Source: Antedon mediterranea (lineage: Eukaryota > Animalia > Echinodermata). Taken from it: a stretch of DNA of 64,000 bases. Location of the stretch: NCBI RefSeq assembly GCF_964355755.1, contig NC_092680.1, positions 6,386,001 to 6,450,000 on the forward strand. Direction: 5' to 3'. Of this stretch, positions 1 to 13,801 are shown piece by piece. The position numbers and the translations under genes were made by a program. How positions within the stretch are numbered: position 1 is the stretch's first letter; each line of letters starts with the position of its first letter. A model generated the notes under the pieces. That model was not told the origin of the DNA. It saw only the letters and a program-made list of their open reading frames with translations, and did no database searches.

Positions 1-830
1 TTTAAAAGCATATCTATATAACATATAATATACATTTTTCTTACCTTTATTTAATCGTACACAATTTTTGTTGCATTTGCACTCATTTGCTATACCATTT
101 TTAAATGTGCTGGATAAATTTATATAGGCCTAAGTAGAAATGAAACGCGCTCACAATACGCTTACTTACACAACGCGATAGCACTGATCACATTTCTTAC
201 GGTATACAACTTGAATAGAGCCTTCGATCAATATAGCCAATAGCAATTACATATACACATCGTACACTATATCGTTTTTGCAATATTCTTCCGCTCCTTG
301 TTTTTGTTAGCAAACAAATAATTGCGTCAATGTTTATGATTCACAGATACATAATCATACGCGTTGCGTCATGCCTTGTTACAGTTTAGTGCACTCAGCC
401 TGCACATCAGGCGTCACATTTGATGCTTAGTAAACGTCAGAGGACATGTCCAATGCGTCGACATAGATTTTTTACCTGTAAATTAAGTAAATAGAATTGA
501 ATAAAGACAGGTATTTTTACCAGGTAATACGTATTCATCAGGGCTTTTGTTCACATTAAGCTATGACGATTTTACAGTATCTTGCCAAACTAAAAACACC
601 ACCACACCCTAGTAGTATAATTTTCCAGCGTTTATACGTTCACATTGTAATTGTCATACAATTTGTGGGCGATGTGCTTAAATAATGTAATGTCTCTTCT
701 GATTTGTGTGCACTGATGCATTTATCATGCTTTTCGCATGTGGTTGCTTCGAATTTGTTGACATGGTTCTAGTGTCGATTCATAAGCAGTTGTTTTATAT
801 AGGTTTTGTTTTTAATAAAGGGAGATCAGT

Positions 831-1077
831 AAAGCCTGGTTTCCATTAAAATCGCTACAGCGTTTCCATTAAAATCGCTACACGCGCAGATGTCGCCGAC
901 GCAATCGGGAAGGCTCCCCGATTCATCGCAGTCAAATCGGCAAAGTTCAACGATGTTCAACTTTGCCGATTTTGTCGGCGATGAATCGTATACGCGTACT
1001 AGATCCCCGATAAACTCTAGCGTTTCCATAGAATCGCTACGCTCTGCCGTGTAGCGATTTTATGGAAACCAGGCTTT
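831..1077. mobile_element. MITE (non-autonomous DNA transposon)
   Basis: Terminal inverted repeats AAAGCCTGGTTTCCAT(T)AAAATCGCTACA / TGTAGCGATTTTATGGAAACCAGGCTTT. GC-richer than the flanks, with an internal repeat of the TIR motif. Exact TSD is ambiguous (TA vs TWA). Confidence 0.8.
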
Positions 1078-1881
1078 ACAAGAGTTACGATATTTATTCT
1101 CATAGGCCTATGTATTATATGTTTACTTAATCAGATCCAAGAGGTGTGAAGTAAAATATATATAATTATTATATATTAAATACAGTTAAGAACAATAAAT
1201 TAATACATCCAGAACATTCAAACCTATAACACTAGATCCTCCTGTAACCTCCTCTTACCAAATTAATTTTAATGCAACATAATATCCGTTATAGTGGCAC
1301 CAAATTAAAATGGCACCTTAAAAAATTTCTTTTATTAAACTAAAACAAATCCTACTCCAAAAATAACTTGCAATATCGCAAAAAAAAGGAACAAACACGT
1401 TTATTTTAGTTTTCTGTGCTTCCATGGCATTAATCATTGTCTTGTCTTTTTGTGCCTTACTTGTTTGTCTGTCTGTCCTGTTTTGTTTCTGTATGTTTGA
1501 TTAAAAATCAATACTGTACTGTTATTATGAATGAATGAATGACCAAACTTTTATTATACAAAAGTACCATATTCGTACTTAGTATTGACTAATTGAGGGC
1601 GCTGATCTAGTAAATAAACTTCAGACTGAACGGAAGATTTTTTTAAGGAAAATATTTGCTTTTGTTTGATTCATTTCCCGCCAGTGCTTTTCGTAAGATA
1701 TTATTGCTAAGTTAAGAACCATTATATAAATGCTTAGCGATCATATAGTTCCAAACGTTGTAATGGCGTATCAGAAAATTCAGATTTACAGAAAAAAATG
1801 TAATAACGAGTAGGCCTAGGTATATACTATATTTAGATATATGAGAAAACTCAATCCATTTTGTCCGCCTATGTGTTAAGA

Positions 1882-2036
1882 CAACTTCCAGTCCACTCAG
1901 CTGTAAATGAGTACCTGGTTGAAAATACTAGGGAGAAAAAACTGGCCGGTCTACCACATAATGCCGAGGCTTAGTACAATGAGCTCCTAACAGCTCATTC
2001 CCCTACGTTCAGAGAAAATGGGACTCACCTCACCTC
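1882..2036 (+). mobile_element. 5'-truncated SINE-like retroposon
   Basis: 11-bp direct repeat ATGTGTTAAGA at 1871-1881 and 2037-2047. SINE-core-like GTCCACTCAGCTGTAAATGAGTACC, and a short repeat tail (CACCT)n. Confidence 0.7.
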
Positions 2037-4194
2037 ATGTGTTAAGATGCTTGTGGCGATACACAGTGATGTTTCATGAATTATTGCAAATATACCTAGT
2101 TATTAGATGCACAATAAGATTGCAGCCATAAATACTAACTAATGATGTTATTGTAAAAATTAAACTGCACACCTCATATTTACTAATTTTGACACATAAT
2201 CACATTTAATATTCATTAATCGTACTTGTATATTTGTTTGTATTGACATTACTAAATCCGTGAACTTTAATACCTCGAGAGATAGAATATTTCCTCCATG
2301 GATAAATCAAAATTGTTAAACACTATCTTCATGCGGATGAATTTATTTAAGTATTAGCAAAAATAAACACATTGTCTAGTTCAAGCATTGGTAAATTCCA
2401 AGGTATCGTAGACTCACTCAAGAAAATGAATATTTATCTGTAGGCTAGGCAGATCCTTTGGTCGATAAGGGCATGCAATTAAAATCGAGTCGTTCCTTTG
2501 TTTTTCATGGTAATATATTTATTTATTCAGTTGATTGGTTATAGGCTAATAATGATCATCTGACAGGTGTTATTAAGTTGATCTTGATCAAATTTCAAAA
2601 ATAAATATTATGCTGCTTAAATTTAAATGAAACTGAGTCATATCGATAAAATACACATTGATGATAACGCTGGTGACAATTAGGACGTATTGTTACTTTA
2701 AACAATAAAATATAGGAGTTAGATAACCTGGTATTTTGACTATTAATTAATATCGTAGGTTGTATAAGACGCAACACAATAATGTACACGCAACGTCATT
2801 TGACCAATCACTGATGATGGCTCATCCGAACTTTCACTTGTCATTGGTATAACCGCACACGTCCTTTTGCGTTTCTATAAAAAAAAAACAATCAATAATT
2901 ATTGTACAGTGGTAAGGTTTACAGTATTGCACGTTAATTATAGATTTTATTATATACTTGTCTGGGTTGCCATAAACTACTGGAAATTATATAATACACA
3001 TTATTAAATACTCAATCAAATGACTCTCGGTAGGAGACAAGAGTGAACAGCACGTGACTGAAAATCTTCATTGAACCACCTACGTAATTAGGTTATTATT
3101 TACCCATGAATAGGTATTATGTAAAAGAGAATTTAATTAACTGACCAACATTGATTAATAACACAAATCAATTATATGGATGGCGGAAGATCGTGTTATT
3201 TCATTGATTAACTGGCGTGTAAACTTTATTATACGTTGGAATGCAAAATACACTGTCTAAAGGATTTTAAAAAATATTTTAAATTTTGTAAAATATACAT
3301 GCACCTTAAAATTGAATCCAGGATAACACGTTAAGCTTGTTTCCCACCTGGACGCAACGCAACGATGCATCGCGATGTACTTTAAGTGAGTTGACCAATC
3401 ACAACCGTTAGTTAGATTATTTATCGCGTCGTGATTGGTAAAATTACTTGCGGTGAGTTGTACCCAAATGTTTTAATTATGTTTACTTTCACATGTACTT
3501 TAAATAAAATAAATCGATTTATGTTTTATAAAATAAAATAGACATCCAAAGACTAGCTATAAATACGGTGGTTATTGAATTTAAAATATCAATTTCGAAA
3601 AAAAGCAATAAACAACAAAAGAGCTACAGACGGTGAGCATTAATGGATTATCGATAAAGAAAATGGTGGTCTCCATACAAAGCAAACATATTTAGTCTAC
3701 AAATCTAAATACTAATGTTTTGCATTGCTGTTTTGAAGACACTGGGAATATTATCTTGTGACACACCTCAGATCCTTGTCATTAATTGGGGATTAATGGG
3801 TCACGTGATATTAAATAAATGTACTATAAGCACTCTTAAAAGTGCGGTCTCGTTATACGTAATTGGGTAGGTTTACTGCAATTTCGGTGAGCAACACCAT
3901 ACGCGACAAGAGGTTGTTGATGACCGAGTCACGTTCGATAAAATCGGAGTGCTCTTTAAAAGTAGGTGTGCTATAAAACAGATAAGAACGTTTTATATTT
4001 GTACCATTTTACTCATCAACAATAATTGTTTGTATTTTGTTTAGTAGTCCATTTCGTGCCTAGCTTACTTGGATAAACCGGAAATTTACCAGTGCACTCT
4101 CTAAGGAGCAATGATACTGTTCCTTGAGCATCCATCTCAATAATCAACTACGCCCAACAGTAACTACCACCTTCGTTGATAGTTTGGACGTGTC

Positions 4195-4540
4195 TTGTCG
4201 TTCTACGTTTTTACAATCACTATTTCCGTTTATGAACAAAGGACGGTTAAGTTACTAAATAGGCTAAAGGTTAGTTAAAATAGGCCTAAACGCCTAAGAT
4301 AAGGAAGGGAAAATGCAGGATTGTGAGGGTTTTTGTGTATTGTATGACGTTTTTGACACTGAACGATGTTCGGACGTTCTTATGATTGTTTTACGTTTTT
4401 GCAATTCATTATTTTCGTTTATGAACAAAGGACGGTTATGTTGCTGAAAAAATAGGCCTAAACACCTAAGATAAGGAATGAAAAATGCAGGATTGTGGGA
4501 GATTTTGTGTGTTGTATGGCGTTTTCGACACTGAACGATG
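4195..4540. repeat. Local imperfect tandem duplication (~175-bp units)
   Basis: Blocks CGTTTATGAACAAAGGACGGTTA and AAAATAGGCCTAAAC.CCTAAGATAAGGAA...AAAATGCAGGATTGTG...GACACTGAACGATGT each occur twice. Confidence 0.75.
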
Positions 4541-5073
4541 TATATCACTTGTAACTGATCCATGAAGTTAATTTTGATATTAATTGGCGACTGATACTTC
4601 TGGGAGGTGTATCAACCAGTTTGTATACATAATATACGTTTAATGTAAATACATTATAATAAGGTGCCATAGCTTTAGACAAAACGTACACACGGAGACG
4701 TAGTTTAATTATAGATACTATAAATATGTAATTAAAAATAAAAAGTCTAAATTAAGTTTACTAAAATACTTTAGCATTCATTTAATTTAACATTGTGCTC
4801 TGAGATAGCTTGATGTTAGGTAGTTAACGTATGACGTTTCATTCCACAAAGATCAATTTTACACTCGCATTGTATGCACGGAACCCTTATTTTCTTTCAA
4901 CTTTATCGATTCCTTTATCAATTTAATAACCATTGTGATATTATTGACTGCGACAAATAGAACATCCAATATATGACATGATAATTGCAAAACTGATATT
5001 ATACAGTTATACAGTATGATGTAATGCTTAAAATAAATAAAAATGCCATATACTGAGAGCTGATTTCTAAAAA

Positions 5074-5226
5074 TTGGTTTCCACAGGACGCAGCGCAAGG
5101 ACGTAGACGCAACGCAAGTGAGTTGACCAATGACAAGCGAAAGTTTGAATAATCCATCGCTTGTGATTGGTCAAATCCCCTACGTTACGTTACGTCGTTG
5201 TGTTGTGTCTCTAGTTGGAACCAAGC
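5074..5226. mobile_element. MITE, family A (TIR AAGCTTGGTTYCCACTAG..ACGCAACG)
   Basis: Near-palindromic element. Related copies at ~3333-3460, 40641-40792, 56980-57190, 57768-57986, 57988-58171 and ~61371-61435. Confidence 0.75.
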
Positions 5227-6192
5227 ATACGATCTGTATCCTTTTATGTATATTTATTTAAATTACAAACAAACAAAATTATAGTAATAAATAATTATAG
5301 AGTAAGTATTATATTATATTACAATCAAAATTACAAATATATTAAAACTGTTACTAAATTACAATATTATTTTTTGATTTGATTAATATGAAATTAATAG
5401 TGTGATATCTAATATAACCACAAGTTATTAAAAAAAATAGACAATAATACCGTAGGCACGACTACTCGTCGTGATGGAAACAGTAAAAAACAACATCTTT
5501 TTATAAACGTAATAATTACTAATTATATATAATCAATATACAGTAATCTGTAAAGATAATTAGAAGAACGTAATATTTTGTTATTTTGGGCAATAGTAAT
5601 ACTTATGGGCTCTTTACTACTGAGCCAGAGAAGAAAGATTTAACTACTGTATTTTGAATAAACGATGCATGTTCTTGCCACATACAGAGAACCAATTTCA
5701 AATATAGTTTTAAATACTCAAGTTTATTGAAAACAGTTTCCGAAGAGCAACGTTTATCTGCATAATACTGTTATCAAAATGTTACTGTACAAAATAAACA
5801 TACTTTAATTATGTATTTAACATTTATAAGAAATAGATTACAGTAGAAATCAGCTGTTTTAAAATTGGTTGAAGTTAAGAACTGAATGGTCAATTTGTTC
5901 ATTCTGCCAGTGTCTTTCTTGATGGACATTTTGTAGAGTCATATGTGAAAAGTGACGAAACGTGTTTCTTAACCAAAGTTCAATCAGTTTCAATTTAATT
6001 TAAATTCTATTGCATTCTATTGGCAATTAGAGTGGTTTCTATTGCATAAACTGTACATACAAATTATGTCTATACATGTTCAAGTCCTTTTTAGTGTTGA
6101 AGCAAAAACAAATCTCTAAAAAAAGATCAACGAAAAAACCAATAATTCTAAAAAAAAGTAGTAATACTCGTTCTTTCACAAACATACTTGAA

Positions 6193-6665
6193 TCAAACAA
6201 ATGTTGATGCTCCTAACAACGGATGCATTGTGTGTCCCCATTGCAAACTTTGTGTGTCTGACATCATCAAATGATGAGTTAAATGTACAGGCCTACTGTC
6301 GTTCCCTAGTGTCGGTTGCTCTACATAGAATGTGTTCTTTTGTGGATATGAAGGCTTAATTCCAGAGGACATCGGTGGTGGAGGGTAGTAGAAACCAGGA
6401 GAATTATAATCACGTAGTGTTGAATATCCCTGTAATTTCATTGCCTCAACGAAACTATTATTTTTGCGCAAATGGTTTGCAGACTGTTCGTTAATAGTTA
6501 CTGAACTTTCAGTGCGATTGTCTTTAACTTTCTGAACTTTACTTTTCTCGTTGTCTTCATTACCCTGCTTCCGTAAATAGTTCTTGCAGCAGCAGTAGAG
6601 TATTTCCATTCCAGCAAGTCCACCAATAACAACAAGAACAATTTTCCACCAAGCAAAAGTTCCAC
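6193..6665 (-). CDS. Uncharacterised single-pass membrane protein, last coding exon (TM + CCC + cytoplasmic tail)
   Basis: Acceptor cttttcactttgacag| at 6666, phase 1. Encodes (S)GTFAWWKIVLVVIGGLAGMEILYCCCKNYLRK...GFYYPPPPMSSGIKPSYP...ASTFV*. Confidence 0.8.
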
Positions 6666-7943
6666 CTGTCAAAGTGAAAAGATGACAAAAATTAAATATT
6701 ATTATCTGTATTGTTTTTCTTTTCTTTTATACGTACATAAAATCAAAACTTAAGACAAAAGACCAACAAAATATAAATTAGGTCCATCTGACATTAAACT
6801 TTTAAACAATTAATCTGGTTTAATTTTACTTTTAATTGATCTTGTTGCAAACTTAAAATTAGTGTGTGCTTAAACTTCTTCCACGTACGGTTTAGTATAT
6901 ATTAGCACTTTTTCAGCGTAGGCGTTAGTACAGTTGTTTATCTTACACATCGATAGCATGAGAAAAATAATGATTGGTACGTGAACGATATCATAAATCA
7001 TCATCGCACTGTTGTATAAAATTATTTAATTTTTAATTGTGTTCATATCTAATATAGGTACATGCTACTTACTGCATCTTTTTTCATGTATACAATTTCA
7101 AAGTAAACATGTGTCGAATTAGTAGAAATATGTAAACTATTATTATGATAATGATAATTTAGAAAATATTATTTATTAGATTTTAACGATGTTTTTTTTT
7201 ATTTCGTACAACTTGAAACCTCCCTAAGCTATTATTTTTGTCGTTGTATTCTTATGTCGGTCGCCTTCAATTACACAATAACCGACAATTACTGATGAAA
7301 TATTAGATTATTGGCTTTGCATAATTATCATATCACACTGATTGCTCAAGTTTCACTATCGTATTTATCACTAGAATATAGGCCTAACAATAATGTCTCC
7401 AAAATTACGACATCGAAAACTAATGTTAAAACACATGCAGACAATAGACTGACATGACGTCATACAGTACCGTATGTTCTAAGCCGTACAGTACCGGTAG
7501 GTTGTCGAATTTTCAAAGCTCCCTATTAATAGCGATAGTTTATTGTCACTTACATGGATGAGTGGACTTTATTTTGTTTTAAAAGTCCACCGAAATTAAT
7601 CCAAAATAATAATGAAAACTGAACAACTTAAACAAAGACAATTAATTAATTTATACTTATAATGAATATCAACTTATCAATGGTTCTATTATAGTTTCAT
7701 CTGTATAGAGTCTATTTACCTTAATGCCAAATATGCATCTATATCGTTTTACGAATGACAGAATTATTTATACTATTATTAATTGAAAATGAGAAGAAAT
7801 TACAATAAAGGTGGGTGATTCCCATAAAAGATGAATACCAACTTACAGTACTTACACAAATAAATGTGAATTTAATCACTAATCGATTTTATTTAAAGTT
7901 TTTATTTTAAAATTTAACATTATTAAAACTAAATGTTTCTCAC

Positions 7944-8018
7944 TTGATGAGTATGCCCCTCCAGCACCCGTTTGTCTGCGCTGTCTCTGTGGGCGTTCAT
8001 TTGATGCATCTTCGGATT
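7944..8018 (-). CDS. Uncharacterised single-pass membrane protein, coding exon 2 (propeptide, furin-type site)
   Basis: Acceptor tcttttcccttcgaag|, donor |gtgag. 75-nt phase 1-1 exon encoding ESEDASNERPQRQRRQTGAGGAYSS, in frame with both neighbouring exons. Confidence 0.75.
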
Positions 8019-8294
8019 CTTCGAAGGGAAAAGATAATCAACAAAGTCATTATCATGAGAATTTATCATTGAAAGAAAATATAATGTTTTTTCTTCGAAA
8101 ATAGGTTTGTACATGTTTCAACCTGTAGCAAAGTTATAACGTTCCGCCTCCATAATCCGTACCAGAGAGTATATTTCAATTATTGTTCTATTCAACTCTG
8201 CTCCATTGAATGAAACATTTACTGTTTCAAAATATAATAGAAATGCTGTTTTTCTGTTCATTTTTGTTTCTTCATATTCAGAGTGCCTACTTAC

Positions 8295-8370
8295 CGCTGT
8301 AAACTGCACTTGCTAATAACCCCAGGGAAGTAACGGCAATATACAGGATGTATACGACGTTGTAACCCAT
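8295..8370 (-). CDS. Uncharacterised single-pass membrane protein, coding exon 1 (signal peptide)
   Basis: ATG at 8370 with an in-frame upstream stop; MGYNVVYILYIAVTSLGLLASAVYS then |gtaagt. Exon acceptor ctgtttcag| at 8420. Total CDS 76+75+473=624 nt (207 aa). Confidence 0.75.
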
Positions 8371-10791
8371 CACAAACAGCAGCCGTATACATAAACTACT
8401 GACGTATGCTGGTCATCTTCTGAAACAGAGTTACATGGGTCATTGCAAATGAGAAGAATTAAAATAAAAATACAATTATTTATCGTACTGAAAATTGAGT
8501 AAATAATAACGCCTATACTGCATTTCAATTCCTACTGCAGATGCTTATAAAATTTATAACGAGGATGTTGATGGAAAAAAGAGATAAATGAACTATAAAA
8601 AACAAGATTGAAAGTCATTGAATTGTTCTAAGAAAGCTTAATCTGTCAGCGAAAATGACTATTATTAGTTTTTCAATAATCCCGTATAGATTTAAACGCT
8701 ATATTGGAATCAATCAACATAAATCACCAACAAATACGTTGTTGTATTTAGTTAGATGTTTCTTAAATACACGGGTATGCTGCAGTTAGTTTAAGGAAGT
8801 ATGTGTAGTAGGCCTAAGCCTACATTTTGAAAACTTGGAAAAACACAACGTCATCAATATCAAATAAAGTAGAAACATGTTAAGAAGCTTCATTTTGCGC
8901 TGTGAAACACGAATGAATGTATGATTGTTATGTTTTCGTGTTGTAATTAACCCGAGGGTATTTCATTGTTATTGACACTAAATCCCCTCACCACGGGAAA
9001 CTATGCATGTTTAATTGAATCATCTTATTAGGCAGTCTTATTATTTCTATTTTTAAACCTATATTAAAGGCCTAGTAGTATTATATAGTATATATTATTG
9101 ATTAATAACTGTAGCTTGGTGGTTAACGTGCTTGCTCAATCCTAACTTAGTGCCAGGGTCCTTCCTGTAATTGGCGAGTTTGTGCTCGCTTTTGGATGTG
9201 TATGAATTAAAATTTTAAAAAAAAATTAAAAAAATAACTGCTTACAAAGTCTCTCAGATGTTCTTCAATGTCTCGGATTGTGGTGGTCTCGAAAAGGATT
9301 AGGCCCGAGATTTTTTGGTGGTACAGTACTTATCACAGTCAAAGATGCTTTCGGTTGTATGACTGACATAAGTTGACTCGCTTAGTTTCCAGAGTATCTT
9401 AAAGCCCGCCGAATACAACTATGACAGCTGCTTGCTGAGAAAGCATGCTATTTAAGTCAATACAAAATCTCTGTCCTAATAGCAAAAGGAATCTGATAAG
9501 CGTGACATGTGAACATTTGAATGCTACAATTTCTAATAAACGGAACTAACCGATGGAAAATTAATTAATTAAATTTTTCAACAATTTTAACCTTAAATGA
9601 CCAAAATAAAAACGTAGTTTAACACAGGAGCGGTAGGCCTACATCACGTAATTACAATCAAAACTTTATCTTTCATCTATGTTCTTAGGCTAGCTATTAC
9701 TACTATACTTGAGTTGATCTTCTCCCCCTTGGCCGTTAAATAACTCAATTAAACCATTACGCCCCCAATTTACAAAACTCGTTCATGTCGACGTTAATGA
9801 TAAATATGCAAAATCAATCAAAGGTTGTGTTTTTCCCTAGTGATAGTTTATGGATAGATTATCATATAGATTAAAATATTAAAATATTCAATATTGTATT
9901 ACCGTATTCTATAGAAAGAGTGATATTCTAAAATCGCTCCACGTTAAATCTGTGGCGGTAATATTATGATTTAAAAAAGGGATACATTCGGATACATACT
10001 AGTATGAATACCTTGCTCGATCACGTTAAATCTCGGTACACAGCTATCTTATGTGAATTGGTTGCCAGTATGTTCTAAAAAAATGTTTTATAATTTCTTA
10101 AAAAAAACCTTTACTGTATTCAACTTGTCCACAATGCAACTCTACTCTCCCTCCTTATCTCTAAAATGTTGTTATTTTGTACATTCGTACGTATTTCTAT
10201 ATCATCACTAAAGCACGTGTCAAAAGGTTGGCTAAAAGTCGTCAAGTTGGTAATGTTAAATAGCCATGTACAACGCTGATGTAGTAAAGTAAAGTAGGTC
10301 TAAATCTGATCCCAAAAAAACCCCCAAATACATCTTTTGCCAATCTGGAAACCTACCTTATTGCAATCAACATTTTAATTTGCAACTGTACCTTTTCTAC
10401 ACCCATTGAGTTACTGAACCCCATTCGTATTGTGTGTAAACTATTTTAAAGATAATTAATTGACATACTATTTGAATTGCGAAACAGGTTTTACGACTAA
10501 TACAATTTACTTTCTATTTGGCCTATAACCTATTTAATTTAAGCCCACTGTTTAATCAGCGCCAACTTAATTAGACATTTCTGATATTGTGATACACAGA
10601 GCAAACATAACACGGTATGATGGCGGTACTAATAACGGTACATAGAGTGTATCTATTAGGAATCATCTATTACGCATCTAATGATTATAATATATTCTTA
10701 TATAATATTGTATGATGTTTACTAGAGAAAAAAATTGGCCAAACAACATTCAATAATCTACATTTATTTAAATTAATAATAATAAACTTAC

Positions 10792-10907
10792 CTTTTACTG
10801 CATTGGCCTATACAGATAATTTACTATTATTCGATCAGTGGACATCCATCTCGCATCTGAGATATAATCTAGTTACCTGACATTAGGCACTGCATGGCGC
10901 ATGCGCA
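10792..10907 (-). promoter_or_regulatory. Candidate promoter and non-coding first exon of the membrane-protein gene
   Basis: Consensus donor AAG|GTAAGT at 10792/10791. NRF1-type motif TGCGCATGCGC at 10897-10907 about 100 bp upstream. Confidence 0.4.
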
Positions 10908-12072
10908 CTGAGAATATTGTATCTTGTTTGAAATTCCAGAAATATCGACAGGAGAATAATATAATAAATATGCCGCACGGGATCATCAGTCCACGCTAGT
11001 GTACTGAAGCTATGTCAGGCAAAAACATTATACTCTCATTATAAGTTATGCTTAATACTTGTTTAAATTCCGATTATCAAATAATGTTATATTTAATATC
11101 TCGACTGTGTTTTTACAGTGTCTAGAAACATAGTTGATGTTATCGACGTATGAATACCGATCGATATTAATGTAATTGAGAAGATTATGATAATGATATT
11201 TGTATTGAATTTTAATATTTCGCTGATGAAATTTATCTTATTTCCTTGAACTGCTCACAAGGTTGTAAATGTACTTGTGTGCATACATTTTGAATAATCA
11301 TTTTGTTAACCTTTGTAAAATATATATTACCGTGAAAAGTAATATATTTTCATATACATTTATATTTTAATATACTCACACATACTACAAGAATTTGTAA
11401 CCCAAGGCTGTCAACAAACCACGCAATGTACAGTATTCTGTAACAATTTTCATATACACTACCCACTATCGTTATAAACAAGTGAACAAGAGTGGTTAAA
11501 ATTGTTTGAAATGATGTTATCGTTTGAATTAGTTCACTATGGAAGTAAGGAAAATGGTTAACATAGGGACTTTCACTCCTTTAATAATCAAAAAGAGTGA
11601 CACACTCTAATAGAGTGATTTTTTTGCTGTTTTACATCAAGAGAGTAACGAAATTAACTACAAACTTCAATCTACATAATATAAAAACAACGCTTAAAAA
11701 AGAACGACGTTTCGACTCCATCATGGGGTAATTATGTATTCTGTGTCAAACTCGGAACTTTTTATCGGATATATACCATCCAGCGAAGAGTGAAACTGCA
11801 CTCTTACCTGGTATAGCGTATAGTTATATCGCAGCAAGGTATCGGAGATTTAACGATACGAATCAGGAATACGAGATTAACCGATTACACGAACATCTAC
11901 ATATTCTATAATTATGTAATTTTACGGACTAGTAACTTCGTTCTATAATATTACATTATGACGTTTATAAAGAACTTAACGTCGTGGCTTCCCATTTCGT
12001 GTGTGCGTGTGTGAATAACCCTTGTGTCTGTGAACACAGCTTTAATCTTTTGCTAAAATGCAACCCATTATC

Positions 12073-12249
12073 AGAAGCTGTTTGTTGATTTTAACGACTT
12101 TGCGACGACCGACAACCAAACTACGTCATGTTACCGTAGCTCATTGTGCGCATGCGGAATATTGGAACGCGTGTCCTCCCCACCGACACAATTTGACCTG
12201 ACCTAGGTTGGTTGTCGGTCCGTGATCGTCGCAAATCAAAAGCTCTCTA
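12073..12249. mobile_element. Degenerate MITE
   Basis: Imperfect inverted repeats: AGCTGTTTG..TTTGCGACGACCGACAACCAA versus TTGGTTGTCGGTC..TCGTCGCAAATCAAAAGCT. Confidence 0.5.
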
Positions 12250-13801
12250 TTATTTAAAGTCTATAGCCAAAATGAAACTTTCAGATTTTCCATATTACGT
12301 CATAGCATGCGCTATGTGACTGGTACGTCGAATGTCAAATTTGAGCACTTGTTCAGTGGCATTTTGACGTTCGATGAGTACTAGTGGACGTATGACGTCA
12401 TAACACTGGAAATGTTTACCAAAATCATGGCTGAGAATGTGTCGCTATGATTTTCTGAGAATTTAGAGTGAACTTTAGTCAAATTAGATTTTCACATTGT
12501 GAATTATTAATTTGTATAGCTATTTGAAATAAAGCTTTTAATAATAAAGGTTATGGGCTGGGCTTATCACTTGGACACCGGCATTCGTTCAGAAAATTAA
12601 GGATCTAGACTATGCATCAGCCACCAACTTAGCCCGTGCCATTTCACCGATTGAATAGCACCACGGACGAGCGCTACATATAGAGATTACAAAGTCAGAT
12701 CCAAAGATCATTATATCATACGTTCACTTGCACGTCAACGTAAAATTAATGTACACTTAATCTAAACGTTTACATACTGTCGACGTGTAACAGTCGACTA
12801 CGACCCACGTGGACGTGACGGTCGTGTGCACGTTCACTCAATTTAAAAGTCCCTATTGTCATTATCAACTCAAATTTCGTCATTACCACCAACATCGAAG
12901 AATCACCAGCTTAAAATAAAAAATAGTTTAGTTGAAAAACTATATTTGTTTTCTAGAAACAATTTCAATCGGTTTTCTGTAATGTTTTACAATATTAAGT
13001 GTATGTAGGTCTAATTGTACAACAGTCTTATTACGATAATCGATCGATTACTACCTTTTCAACAATAACCAACCGATCTATAAAACTTCATAATGTGAAT
13101 TATTCACTCTAAAACTTGCATAATTGCTTAGGCGATCAAGTATTAGATCTAATATTTTGGTTATATTGCTATGGTAACTACTGGGTGGTTGTTTTATGAT
13201 AAAGATAAAATCGATTTTGCTACTGAACACATTTTATTATTGCAAGGTTCTCGATGCATGTAATGGCAGTAATCATACCATGGAAGTGTTCAATAGTTTG
13301 TAATAACAAATATTACATAATGGTTTAAGACCGTTATTTGGCAAAAAAAATGTTTAGTAATAATAATAATAAGTGTCTCAATTATTAGTACAACTTGATG
13401 TTTTGTAATTAGGCGTAAGTTATGACTCTTGTAGGTTTGTAATACATCACCGAGTTTCCAAGATTTGCTTTTCTAGTTTCCATTTTTTTGTTATAGGCGG
13501 CGCTCGTCAACTTCGAGTACGGTTCTAAAACGAAATCTAAACTTTCGAGTTAGGATGATGACTATAACGAGGCATTTAATAAAAAGGCAAATTGCCTTAA
13601 AATGTAAATGTGACATGTTTCGAGAAACTATTCTCATCAAAAACAACAACGCCTAGAGTGCTTATATACCAATAGGACATATTGTATATAAATAAGTAAG
13701 TAATTAGCATAATAAAACAAGGAATGTAGGCAACAACCAATCTAAACTGTAATATCCAAAACGCATTAGGCCTACGTTACCTAATTTATACAAGAATTAA
13801 T

